A DNA stretch of 64,000 nucleotides, from contig JALVSY010000007.1 of NCBI GenBank assembly GCA_027036135.1, positions 484,880-548,879 on the forward strand. The letters run 5' to 3'. This DNA comes from Pyrodictiaceae archaeon (GTDB lineage Archaea; Thermoproteota; Thermoprotei_A; Sulfolobales; Pyrodictiaceae). The translations under genes were made by a program, and so were the position numbers. The number at the start of each line of letters is the position of its first letter. Positions within the stretch are counted from its first letter, which is position 1. Below are positions 40,152 to 48,779 of the stretch, piece by piece. The notes below the pieces were generated by a model that worked only from the letters and a program-made list of their open reading frames with translations, was not told where the DNA came from and searched no databases.

Positions 40152-40380
40152 GTGGGCTATGTTACTGTTTCTGCTAAGATTCCTCGCAAGCTGAAGGAGC
40201 TGTCTTGACATGTATGGGATTAAGCCTGGCCCGGTGATCCGGAAGGCTCTGGAGGAGGAGGTTAGGAAGCGCATGCTTGAGGAGATCGAGGCCCGGGCTA
40301 GGGAGCTGGGCAGCAGGGTCTCCCATATACCTGACGAGGAAATCGCTAAGCTGATACGCGAGGATCGAGGAAAGAGGTAG
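40152..40380 (+). pseudogene. VapB-type antitoxin with +1 frameshift
   Basis: GYVTVSAKIPRKLKEL, then shifted frame LDMYGIKPGPVIRKALEEEV...IREDRGKR*. Confidence 0.8.
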
Positions 40381-40388
40381 GCAGGGGG

Positions 40389-40790
40389 ATGTATTTATTC
40401 GACGCGAGCGCCTTGGTGAACCTGGTTAAGAAGGGCAGGGTTAAACCACTCGCCAAGGGGGCTACACTAGATCTGGCACTCTATGAGTCCCTGAACGCCC
40501 TGTGGAAAGAGTACAGACTGCTGGAGAGGATCGACGAAGAGACAGCACTGAGGTTCGTGGACATTATCAGCGACGTGTTCAGCGTTATAGATGTGTTGTC
40601 GGTGAGGGGCCTTGAGAGAGAAGTCTTTGAGCTAGCAGCTAGGGATGGCTTCACGGTGTACGATGCATCCTACCTATACGTGGCGATGAAGAATGGCTAC
40701 ATGCTCGTAACCGATGACAAGGAGCTTAGAAACAAGGCCTCAAAATACGTAGAGACAGTCTCCAGTAACGAGCTAGCAGATAGACACTAA
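40389..40790 (+). CDS. VapC PIN-domain toxin
   Basis: YLFDASAL, YESLNALW, TVYDASY, LVTDD all intact. Confidence 0.9.
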   Translation: MYLFDASALVNLVKKGRVKPLAKGATLDLALYESLNALWKEYRLLERIDEETALRFVDIISDVFSVIDVLSVRGLEREVFELAARDGFTVYDASYLYVAMKNGYMLVTDDKELRNKASKYVETVSSNELADRH

Positions 40791-41126
40791 GTTTATGGAA
40801 GAGGGGTTCTCGCAGAGCAGCTACACCGCTACCTCCGAGCCCGAGAAGAGATATCTGGGACTTTCTACCCGAAGAGGCAACACTTAGTAGTTAGCGATTT
40901 AGCACTTGTTGTTGCCTGGCTGGGAATGACTTCTCAACGTTTCACGGCCGAGTTTCTTCTTCAATGCCCGGTATAGTGCATGCCGCGGCAACTGCTTTTG
41001 GGCATTGCTGACGCGTTTTAAAGCCTTGCCCCCGGGTCTTGTTTACATGCAATACAATTATAAGTACAGAGGGATACAATCTATAGTTCTCGGTTCTGCT
41101 TCCATCTTGGTTTAAGGTAAGAGGCG

Positions 41127-41678
41127 TTGCCTGTGACGTACAAGGTGCTTGTTCCGAGGAAATTTGTGCTGGAGACCGGTGACGTGGTAGCTCTTACCGA
41201 GAAGGATGCCGAGAGGCTTGCTAGGGATACTGTATTTAGGCTCTGGGTTCCCGACATCGGTTCCGTTCACGAGTATCTTGTAGAGGCCCAGGGCTTTGAA
41301 AAAGCTCTCCCAGCGATGCCGAAGGGAGAGAAGTATAGCCTACGTAGAGCCATAGATAATGCTTGGGAACTCCACCTAAGACTCTATGATGACGGCTTTA
41401 TTGATGCCGAGGTCGAGGTTAGGAGAGAATACATAGAGCACTTGACATCGGGTCAGAGACTCAACATAGTATACGAAGCGTATGACTCGTACAAAGGCGT
41501 ATACGATAAGCTTCACTTATGGTACGCGCCTTCGCGTAGCTGGGTGATAGGCATAATTGATAACTTCAGCCTGGAGTTGCACGAGCCGGGCAGACTGATT
41601 CCCTGGAAACCCATAGTCCTCGGCGTGGCAGCAGGCATACTAGTTACATATAGGTTGTTAAAGCCGCGAAAACACTAG
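41127..41678 (+). CDS. hypothetical protein with C-terminal hydrophobic segment
   Basis: 183 aa ORF, coding-like composition, PIVLGVAAGILV tail. Confidence 0.6.
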   Translation: MPVTYKVLVPRKFVLETGDVVALTEKDAERLARDTVFRLWVPDIGSVHEYLVEAQGFEKALPAMPKGEKYSLRRAIDNAWELHLRLYDDGFIDAEVEVRREYIEHLTSGQRLNIVYEAYDSYKGVYDKLHLWYAPSRSWVIGIIDNFSLELHEPGRLIPWKPIVLGVAAGILVTYRLLKPRKH

Positions 41679-41893
41679 GGTCAATACCCTCCCTTAAGCC
41701 ATGAAGCCTTGTAGAAATGGCTTCCCGTAGAGGATGGTTCCCGGCTCTTCCTATATGGACTCCTTTGGCTAAGTAGTACTGTCTCTGGTAGGCCGGCCTA
41801 CCTAGCTTATGGTAAGTGTTAAAGCAGGGATACCCGGTCCTCGCCGGGAAGAGTGGCGAGGTGAGGGATAGAATTACTGGCTCGAAGCGATCC

Positions 41894-43198
41894 ATGAGGA
41901 ACTTCACGGAGGTTCTTGACTCTGCTAGGTGGGGGCCGCTTCATTGGAGAATATTCGCTGTGATTGCCGACAATTATTTCTTTGACGGTATCCTGTTTTC
42001 TATTGCGCCTCTTCTCCTCTACCTAGTGGCACCGCCAAGCGTTGCCTCGCTAATATTTGCCCTAAACCTGTTAACCGAGTCCCTCGGAGCCATTGTTCTC
42101 GGGAAGCTCTCCGACACGTATGGTAGGCTAAAGATATTCGCCGTCTCAATGGCCCTGGAGGCTGGCAGCCTTGTAGCATTATTCTTCCTCTACAGAGATG
42201 TCGTTGCACTAGCAGTACTTACCAGTATAATAACGTTCAGTATAGGGGGAGAGTTCGGCTCATCCTATGCAATGATGGCCGAGTTGTCACCAGCCAATCA
42301 TAGGGGGAAGGCAATACTCCTAGCAACCAACTTCTGGAACCTAGGTAGCATGCTCATAGCTGCTCTCAGCATACTGTATGCTAGGCTATCCTCCTCGCCA
42401 ATACTACAAGTCAGGTATCTCCTCGTAACCGCCCTAGGCGTCGCGATAGGAGCTGGTCTTGCTAGGCTCCTTTTACCGGAATCGCCTAGGTGGCTCGTGC
42501 TAAGGGGGAGGATAGAGGACGCAGAGAAGGTAGTCAAGAAGATAACTGGCTACAAGGGTGAGATAGGCTTCTACCTCCCAAGGGAAAGCGGAATCGGCGT
42601 CAAAGAGGCGCTTAGCAAGTACCTCTTTAGATTCATAATACTAGCAATCGTTACTATATCAATATACATAACCTACGACATAACAGCGTTTTATATACCT
42701 TATGCTCCTCACTTCAGCTTCGGGGAGAGGATAGTCAGCTATGTTATCCTCTACTCGAACCTGGGCTCATTCATTGGCGCATTTATGCTAGTACCATTAA
42801 TAGATAGGAGTCGGAGGATATCCATAACCTCTAGCCTCCTAGGAGGCCTAGTCACGTCGATATTCCTCCTCATAGCTAATGAGACGAGGAATATACACCT
42901 CTTCTATGCGATGCTTTTCCTCAACATGGTCTTCAATGAGTGGGCCTGGGCCAGCCTAAGCGTCCTTGAGAGCGAGCTATTCCCGACTGGTACGAGATCC
43001 AGCGTCATAGGGCTCCTAGTCGCGCTCCAAGGAATAAGCGGTGCACTAATCGTCTATCTTGGCCTCAGGGCAAACGTCGTGGCTTTATTCGCATCAGTAA
43101 TCACTCTATGGGCTCTAGGCCTAGCAGCATCAATAATGTGGCACATAAAGGGTGTTGAGAGCGCGAGGCGCGGGATAGAGGAACTGGTGAAGCAGTAA
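41894..43198 (+). CDS. MFS transporter
   Basis: GKLSDTYGR, AELSPANHRG, LPESPRWL, ELFPTGTR. Confidence 0.92.
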   Translation: MRNFTEVLDSARWGPLHWRIFAVIADNYFFDGILFSIAPLLLYLVAPPSVASLIFALNLLTESLGAIVLGKLSDTYGRLKIFAVSMALEAGSLVALFFLYRDVVALAVLTSIITFSIGGEFGSSYAMMAELSPANHRGKAILLATNFWNLGSMLIAALSILYARLSSSPILQVRYLLVTALGVAIGAGLARLLLPESPRWLVLRGRIEDAEKVVKKITGYKGEIGFYLPRESGIGVKEALSKYLFRFIILAIVTISIYITYDITAFYIPYAPHFSFGERIVSYVILYSNLGSFIGAFMLVPLIDRSRRISITSSLLGGLVTSIFLLIANETRNIHLFYAMLFLNMVFNEWAWASLSVLESELFPTGTRSSVIGLLVALQGISGALIVYLGLRANVVALFASVITLWALGLAASIMWHIKGVESARRGIEELVKQ

Positions 43199-43230
43199 TG
43201 AAAATCCTTCCACGCACTAAGAACAGAGAG

Positions 43231-43440
43231 CTATATATAGCCTAGCGCTCTTAGTCTCTCCTTCACCTTTTCTTCGTCCTCTTTGCTCATTTCAGGGGTT
43301 TCTTCCTCTGTTCCAAGGGCTTCCTGTAGTAGGAACTCTACTAGCTCCTCTACCGTGTTAAAGCCTCCCTGTTCCTCTATGAATTGCTTTGCTTTCTCGT
43401 AAAGCTCCTTGCTTATAGCTATGGTTACTTTCTCGGCCAT
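43231..43440 (-). CDS. CopG/RHH protein with ERLRALGY tail
   Basis: VTIAISKELYEK...FNTVEELVEFLL...KVKERLRALGYI. Confidence 0.85.
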   Translation of the reverse strand: MAEKVTIAISKELYEKAKQFIEEQGGFNTVEELVEFLLQEALGTEEETPEMSKEDEEKVKERLRALGYI

Positions 43441-43460
43441 GTCTCGTTCCCTGGTCTTGG

Positions 43461-44819
43461 TTATTTGTGCTGGGTTATTATTTGTTCTAGGTGACTTCTT
43501 ATCTTCTCTATCCTTATCTCGCCACGGTTACCCTTCTCTAGGGTCTCCTCTGGGTCGTAGACTGTGTAGACGCCATGCCAATCATGCACCGCGTCGTCTG
43601 GTCCTCGGTCGTTCTCCTCTAGGTAGTTGGTTGGCCAGCCCAGGGTCCCGGCTGGGCGCCACCATAGGTCGTCTAGGTAGAGCATGAGGTCTGGCGGATC
43701 CCCATTGACCTCGGGGTATATCTCGGCTGGGCGGTAGGCCTTGTTTAGCCATTGCTCGTTGCTTGGGCCCTTGATTTTCTCTAGGTCTCTGCGTAGCTGC
43801 TCTAGTGTCTCCTCGTAATACTTGGGCTCAACGGCGCCCTTTTTCTCCCTGCCCTTGAGGTTTATGAATACTCTGCTATAGTATCCTCCCCACGCCCAAG
43901 CAATAGTATGCTCCCAGTCCACCATGTCCTCGCGTAAGTCGGTGCCCGGTTTCAGCCCAGCCGGGTCTACTTTTAGCTTGAGGTAGCCTTGCTCGATTAG
44001 CCACTGATTTAGGAGGAAGGCCCCCTTCATTGCCTTTATCCCGTGGTCGCTCACTATAACGATTACCGTGTCTCTTGGCAGTTTCCTGTGTAGTTTCTCG
44101 AACCACTCGTCTATCCTTCGGTAAACCTCTGGTACTACCTTGCTGTATTCGGGGTGGTGCTCGTACCTTGGGTGGGTTTTGTCAAAGTATCTCCAGAAAG
44201 CGTGGTGGGCGCGGTCAACGCTTATCTCTACGTGGATGAATATGTCCCATTGCTTCCTCGTAGCAAGGTACTCTACTTGGCGCAAGTGGTTGTCAAGCAT
44301 CTGTAGTAGCTCTCTAGCCACCCGGGACTTGTCGTGGCTCCGATAAACTATGTCGAACCTTGTCGGCCCAGTCGCGGCCTCTAACTCCTTTCTCAGCCAT
44401 GGGGGGAAGGTGTAAGGCTTCTCCGGCCCAGGCGTAGTGAAGTCCGTGACCATGAAGCCATGGACAGGCTTCGGAGGGTAAGTCGGGGGTACTCCGTAGA
44501 GGCCTACTCTTAGACCCCTCTTCCCCGCCCAGTCCCAGATGGTCTCGGCCCGTATGCTCCTGCTATTCACTATATAGTAGCTGAACTCCCCTGGGCGGCG
44601 GTGTCTGAACCCGTAGACGCCTAGCTCTCCCGGCGTCTTGCCCGTGAACATGGTCATCCAGGCGGGAACCGTTATGGGTGGGTGGCAGCTCCTCATAATG
44701 TATCTCTGCGACTCTGCTACTAGGCCAGAGATGTAGGGGAAGTAGCGCTCACCAAGCTCGGTATAAAGCACGCTAGGAGGCAACGAGTCCAGCCCGAGGA
44801 CGAAGACTCTTCTAGTCAT
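43461..44819 (-). CDS. AlkP superfamily (type I phosphodiesterase-like) protein
   Basis: VLGLDS, PPITVPAWMTMFTG, DRAHH, VSDHG, GPDDAVH. Confidence 0.9.
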   Translation of the reverse strand: MTRRVFVLGLDSLPPSVLYTELGERYFPYISGLVAESQRYIMRSCHPPITVPAWMTMFTGKTPGELGVYGFRHRRPGEFSYYIVNSRSIRAETIWDWAGKRGLRVGLYGVPPTYPPKPVHGFMVTDFTTPGPEKPYTFPPWLRKELEAATGPTRFDIVYRSHDKSRVARELLQMLDNHLRQVEYLATRKQWDIFIHVEISVDRAHHAFWRYFDKTHPRYEHHPEYSKVVPEVYRRIDEWFEKLHRKLPRDTVIVIVSDHGIKAMKGAFLLNQWLIEQGYLKLKVDPAGLKPGTDLREDMVDWEHTIAWAWGGYYSRVFINLKGREKKGAVEPKYYEETLEQLRRDLEKIKGPSNEQWLNKAYRPAEIYPEVNGDPPDLMLYLDDLWWRPAGTLGWPTNYLEENDRGPDDAVHDWHGVYTVYDPEETLEKGNRGEIRIEKIRSHLEQIITQHK

Positions 44820-44907
44820 CTTGGTTAATACACCCCGCAGGACAACAACCTGGTGAGGAGCCCTAGGACTGGATAATAAATTGAGAAGATGTCTTGACTC
44901 TACGCCT

Positions 44908-45465
44908 CTACTTGCTTACATAGTTTATCTTCTCAAGTATTAAGCCTAGGAGCTTCTCAGTGTTCTCCTCAACGGTATTGTTAACAGTGTCTAGGACTAT
45001 GTCCGGGTTCTCGGGTGGCTCGTAGGGGTCGCTTATCCCGGTGAAATGCTTAATCTCCCCCCTCAGCGCCTTCTTGTACAAGCCCTTCGGGTCCCGTTTG
45101 ATGCACTCTTCCAGGGGGCACTTAACATAGGCCTCTATGAAGGGAGCCTCCTCCTCAACAATCCTCCTAACCTCTGCCCGGACATCGCGGTAGGGCGAGA
45201 CGAAGCTACACAGGACTATCACGCCGTTCCTAGCCAGTAGCCTGGCTATCCACGCGACTCGTAGGAGGTGTCTTCGGCGCTCCTCCCTGGTATAGCCGGC
45301 ATCGGGGTTAATGGTTCTCCTAACCCAGTCGCCGTCAAGAACCTCTACGCGGTACCCCATGGCTCTCAGCTTGTCGGCAACTCTAGTAGCTATTGTGGTC
45401 TTCCCGCTACCGGGCAGCCCAGTGAGCCAGACAACGAGGCCACGGTCAAGGCACTTAGCAGGCAT
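44908..45465 (-). CDS. cysC: adenylyl-sulfate kinase
   Basis: WLTGLPGSGKTT, LDGD, SFVSPY, RDPKGLY, FTGISDPYE. Confidence 0.96.
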   Translation of the reverse strand: MPAKCLDRGLVVWLTGLPGSGKTTIATRVADKLRAMGYRVEVLDGDWVRRTINPDAGYTREERRRHLLRVAWIARLLARNGVIVLCSFVSPYRDVRAEVRRIVEEEAPFIEAYVKCPLEECIKRDPKGLYKKALRGEIKHFTGISDPYEPPENPDIVLDTVNNTVEENTEKLLGLILEKINYVSK

Positions 45466-45537
45466 GTCTTAGCAACCCCTCCAACTATGCACTTCCAAAG
45501 GGGACTAAGTATCCATTGCTCACTGTTAGAGGCCTCT

Positions 45538-46326
45538 TTATAGCCCTGCCAGCACCTGGGCTATCTTCATGAGCGCAACTATTACCATGGTTGCTGCCAG
45601 CGCCCTTTGCGCTAGTACTGTCCGTGTCCTTCGGAGCAAGTGGGCTGCGAGAGGCGTAGCTACGAGAGCACCAAGGGCAAGTACAAGGGCCATTAATGGG
45701 TCTAGGTGCCCTGATAGTGTGTATACGAGGGCTACGAGCACAAATGCCGGAAGCTTGACCAGTGGTGTAACGGCTATAGCGCTTCGGAGATCAAGGCCTA
45801 TTTTCCTCTGAGCAAGCACTACTACCGCGCTGTAGCCCCCGCCTATGAGCGCCTTGTATGCCCCGGCGAGCACGCCATAGAACACTGCTACCCAGCTCAT
45901 ACTCGTCGGTGAGGGGTCTTCTCTGTGACTATGTATGCTCATGTACAGCATCGTTGCTAGGGCTAAGAGGAGTACAGAATATGATGAGACCACTACGCTA
46001 CGAGGGAGCTTGGCAGCTATGGTAGAGAGCCCTAGTGCTGCTATGAGCGACGCGGACGCGAATAACGCTAGTGCTCTTCTAGCCTCGATTGCTTTAGGGG
46101 AAATATTGCCTAGCCTATGATGCATAGCTAGCACCGGCAACGCGGAAACAACTTGTGCTAATGCGGCGGCGCCAGCCACGCTGCGCGGATCATAGCCCAG
46201 TACACCGCAGAGGACTAGGCTAGCTACTAGCCCGAACCCCGCGGCAAAGGAGTAATCGAGGAGCGCTGCCACGAACCCTGTGACGAGCCAAAGCGTTACC
46301 GAGGCATAGCTCATTACTAGTTTCAC
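45538..46326 (-). CDS. TauE/SafE (TSUP) family membrane transporter
   Basis: Hydrophobic two-repeat protein with Gly-rich loops, next to cysC. Confidence 0.7.
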   Translation of the reverse strand: MKLVMSYASVTLWLVTGFVAALLDYSFAAGFGLVASLVLCGVLGYDPRSVAGAAALAQVVSALPVLAMHHRLGNISPKAIEARRALALFASASLIAALGLSTIAAKLPRSVVVSSYSVLLLALATMLYMSIHSHREDPSPTSMSWVAVFYGVLAGAYKALIGGGYSAVVVLAQRKIGLDLRSAIAVTPLVKLPAFVLVALVYTLSGHLDPLMALVLALGALVATPLAAHLLRRTRTVLAQRALAATMVIVALMKIAQVLAGL

Positions 46327-46336
46327 CGGAGTAGTT

Positions 46337-46401
46337 ATTAATTAGATTTAATTATGTCTCCCTACGTGGCCTAAGAGGCAGGCATTAATAAGATTTAATT
46401 A
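46337..46401. promoter_or_regulatory. divergent promoter with an 18-bp direct repeat
   Basis: ATTAATTAGATTTAATTA (46337-46354) and ATTAATAAGATTTAATTA (46384-46401) between divergent operons. Confidence 0.55.
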
Positions 46402-46441
46402 ATCAGCTACGTATTGCTCCCTTCCCGGGGCGCTAGGAGAC

Positions 46442-46678
46442 ATGGGCGAGCAGGCTAGGCGCGCCAAGTACACCACTGTCTCGATACCTGTCACTCTCTA
46501 TGAGAGGATTAAGCGCCTCATAGAGGGAACAGGCTTCACGAGCGTATCCCAGTTCGTCGCCTATGTTTTGAGAGAAGTTGTCGCGGAGATGGAGGAGGAG
46601 AAGTTAAGGAGCGAGACTGTTACCGAGGAGGAGAAAAGGGCTATTATTGAGAGGCTTAAGCGCCTAGGCTACCTCTAA
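46442..46678 (+). CDS. CopG/RHH protein with ERLKRLGY tail
   Basis: YTTVSIPVTLYERIK..TGFTSVSQFVAYVLRE...IIERLKRLGYL. Confidence 0.88.
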   Translation: MGEQARRAKYTTVSIPVTLYERIKRLIEGTGFTSVSQFVAYVLREVVAEMEEEKLRSETVTEEEKRAIIERLKRLGYL

Positions 46679-46710
46679 TCCCAAGGGTTATAAGCAAGGG
46701 GTGAACTGCC

Positions 46711-47871
46711 GTGGTGTCCAGACCCCATGGCGGGAAACTAGTTGACCGGACAGTCTCTCCTCGCCGAGCCGAGAGGCTAAGGGAAGAGGCAAAGGAACTC
46801 CCAAGGATAGAGCTCGGCTCCGGGCTAGCAGCCGATGTAGCCAACATCGCTCACGGAGTCTATAGCCCGCTTGAAGGCTTCCTCGTACAAGAGGACTATC
46901 TGAGCGTCCTCGACGATATGAGGTTGAGCAACGACTTGCCCTGGACAATACCGATAGTCCTAGACGTTGACCCAGGAGAGATAAGCGGGGTCAAGGAGGG
47001 AGATGATGTGGCACTCTATTACCGGGGCGAGCCCCTTGCACTAATGCGCGTTGAAGAGATATATGGCTGGGACAAGAAGGAATACGCCCAAAAAGTCTTC
47101 AAGACAACCGACCCTCGTCACCCCGGTGTGAAGAAGACCTTTGTACGGAAAGAGCTACTAGTAGGAGGCCCAATAGACCTAGTGGGAGAGATGCCGGAGC
47201 CCTTCGAGAAGTACCGGCTATGGCCCAAGGAGACAAGGGTACTGTTCGGGGCACGTGGCTGGAAGACCATAGCAGCGTTTCAGACGAGGAATGTGCCTCA
47301 CCTAGGCCACGAGTACGTCCAGAAGGCCGCTCTAACGTTTACAGATGGCTTGTTCATAAACCCGCTCGTGGGGTGGAAGAAGCCAGGCGACTACCGCGAC
47401 GAAGTCATAGTAGAGGCCTACCAGGCACTAATCAAGCACTACTACCCACGGGACAGCGTTGTCTTCAGCGTACTCCGCATGGAGATGAGGTACGCGGGGC
47501 CAAGAGAAGCGATACACCATGCAATAGTTAGGAAGAACTTCGGAGCAACACACTTCATAGTAGGCAGAGACCACGCAGGAGTCGGGAACTACTACGGCCC
47601 CTATGAGGCATGGGACTTGTTCAAAGAGTTCCCAGACCTGGGCATCACGCCGCTCTTCGTCCGCGAAGCCTTCTACTGCAAAAAGTGCGGCCAAATGGTA
47701 AACGAGAAAATATGCCCTCACAGCGAGGAATACCGAGTAAGAATAAGCGGGACAAAGCTACGCGCGATGATAAAACGAGGAGAAAAACCACCAGAGTACA
47801 TGATGCGACCAGAAGTCGCAGAAGTAATCCTAAGACACCCTAACCCCTTCATATCAGAGGATGAACTATAG
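46711..47871 (+). CDS. sat: sulfate adenylyltransferase
   Basis: PHGGKL, YSPLEGF, FQTRNVPHLGHE, YAGPREA, FIVGRDHAG, ISGT. Confidence 0.97.
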   Translation: MVSRPHGGKLVDRTVSPRRAERLREEAKELPRIELGSGLAADVANIAHGVYSPLEGFLVQEDYLSVLDDMRLSNDLPWTIPIVLDVDPGEISGVKEGDDVALYYRGEPLALMRVEEIYGWDKKEYAQKVFKTTDPRHPGVKKTFVRKELLVGGPIDLVGEMPEPFEKYRLWPKETRVLFGARGWKTIAAFQTRNVPHLGHEYVQKAALTFTDGLFINPLVGWKKPGDYRDEVIVEAYQALIKHYYPRDSVVFSVLRMEMRYAGPREAIHHAIVRKNFGATHFIVGRDHAGVGNYYGPYEAWDLFKEFPDLGITPLFVREAFYCKKCGQMVNEKICPHSEEYRVRISGTKLRAMIKRGEKPPEYMMRPEVAEVILRHPNPFISEDEL

Positions 47872-47934
47872 TAGATAATATGGCCGGATCTGCGACGGTG
47901 CCAGGTCACGACGCCTAAAGAAAGATAACACATG

Positions 47935-48402
47935 TTATTGTTTTCTTAGCTCTGCGTACAGCTTGTATAGCTCGTCTATTCGTTTGTTTGTCTCCTCTAT
48001 TTTAGCCAAGAGAGTCTCCTGCACCTTATCTATCCTAGTCGATAGGGATTCCCGCACCTCATCAATTCTTCTATTAGTCTCCTCTATCTTTGCTAATAGG
48101 GTAGCTTGTACAGAATCTATTCTAGCTGATAGAGTCTCTTGTACTTTATCGATTCTCTTATTGGCCTCATCTATTTTTGTTAGCAAAGTTTCTTTTATCT
48201 TGTCTATCCTCTTATTAGTATCGTCTATTCTCTTGTTTGTCTCTTTTATCTCTTCTCTTATTTCCCTCATTTCTTTGTGCACGAGGTCAAGATACAATAG
48301 CATCAAGTCCTCTGTGCTTAGCCGCTTTCCCTTCTCAAGCTTCTCCAAGATCCTCTTCGATACCTGGCTAAGCACCGTAGATAGTACTGCTTCCTCGGCC
48401 AA
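47935..48402 (-). CDS. paREP15-like coiled-coil repeat protein, copy 3
   Basis: Same head and tail as copies 1 and 2, fewest repeat units. Confidence 0.8.
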   Translation of the reverse strand: MAEEAVLSTVLSQVSKRILEKLEKGKRLSTEDLMLLYLDLVHKEMREIREEIKETNKRIDDTNKRIDKIKETLLTKIDEANKRIDKVQETLSARIDSVQATLLAKIEETNRRIDEVRESLSTRIDKVQETLLAKIEETNKRIDELYKLYAELRKQ

Positions 48403-48551
48403 ACCCGCAGAGCCCAAGTACTTACTAGCACTAAGTAACCATTATTACTTTATGAGAGCATTGGCTCCTGAAAAAGAAGCGATCTTTCTTAACAAGGCAT
48501 ATTGATTAATCTTATTCAGAAAGGCTTGAGGCTGGGCTACTTTTTCATAGA

Positions 48552-48662
48552 ATGTGGGACGACCTAGTAATAGCGGTGCAGATACGGAGGCTAGGGATAA
48601 GCGAAATATACTCAAACGACCGAGATTTCGACAAAGTGTCTCATATACGTAGGCTTTTCTAG
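48552..48662 (+). pseudogene. VapC/PIN C-terminal remnant
   Basis: WDDLVIAVQIRRLGISEIYSNDRDFDKVSHIRRLF*. Confidence 0.7.
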
Positions 48663-48779
48663 GGTCTTGGAGCGAAGCACTGAGATAGCGCTATGCTTAT
48701 CTCTAAGTCGACTCCTCGTTCATTAGAAACAAGGTTTCCCTGAATTAAATTGTTAGGGTCAGAGGCCCGGCTCTAGTAT

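Noticed and set aside
44908-47871. Dissimilatory or assimilatory sulfate reduction pathway
   Set aside because: No aprAB, cysH or sulfite reductase in the window; cannot be excluded elsewhere in the genome.
31638-48505. Plus-strand SILLLVS-repeat ORFs (31638..31973, 36507..37004, 47963..48505)
   Set aside because: Antisense mirrors of the RIDETNK coiled-coil repeats.
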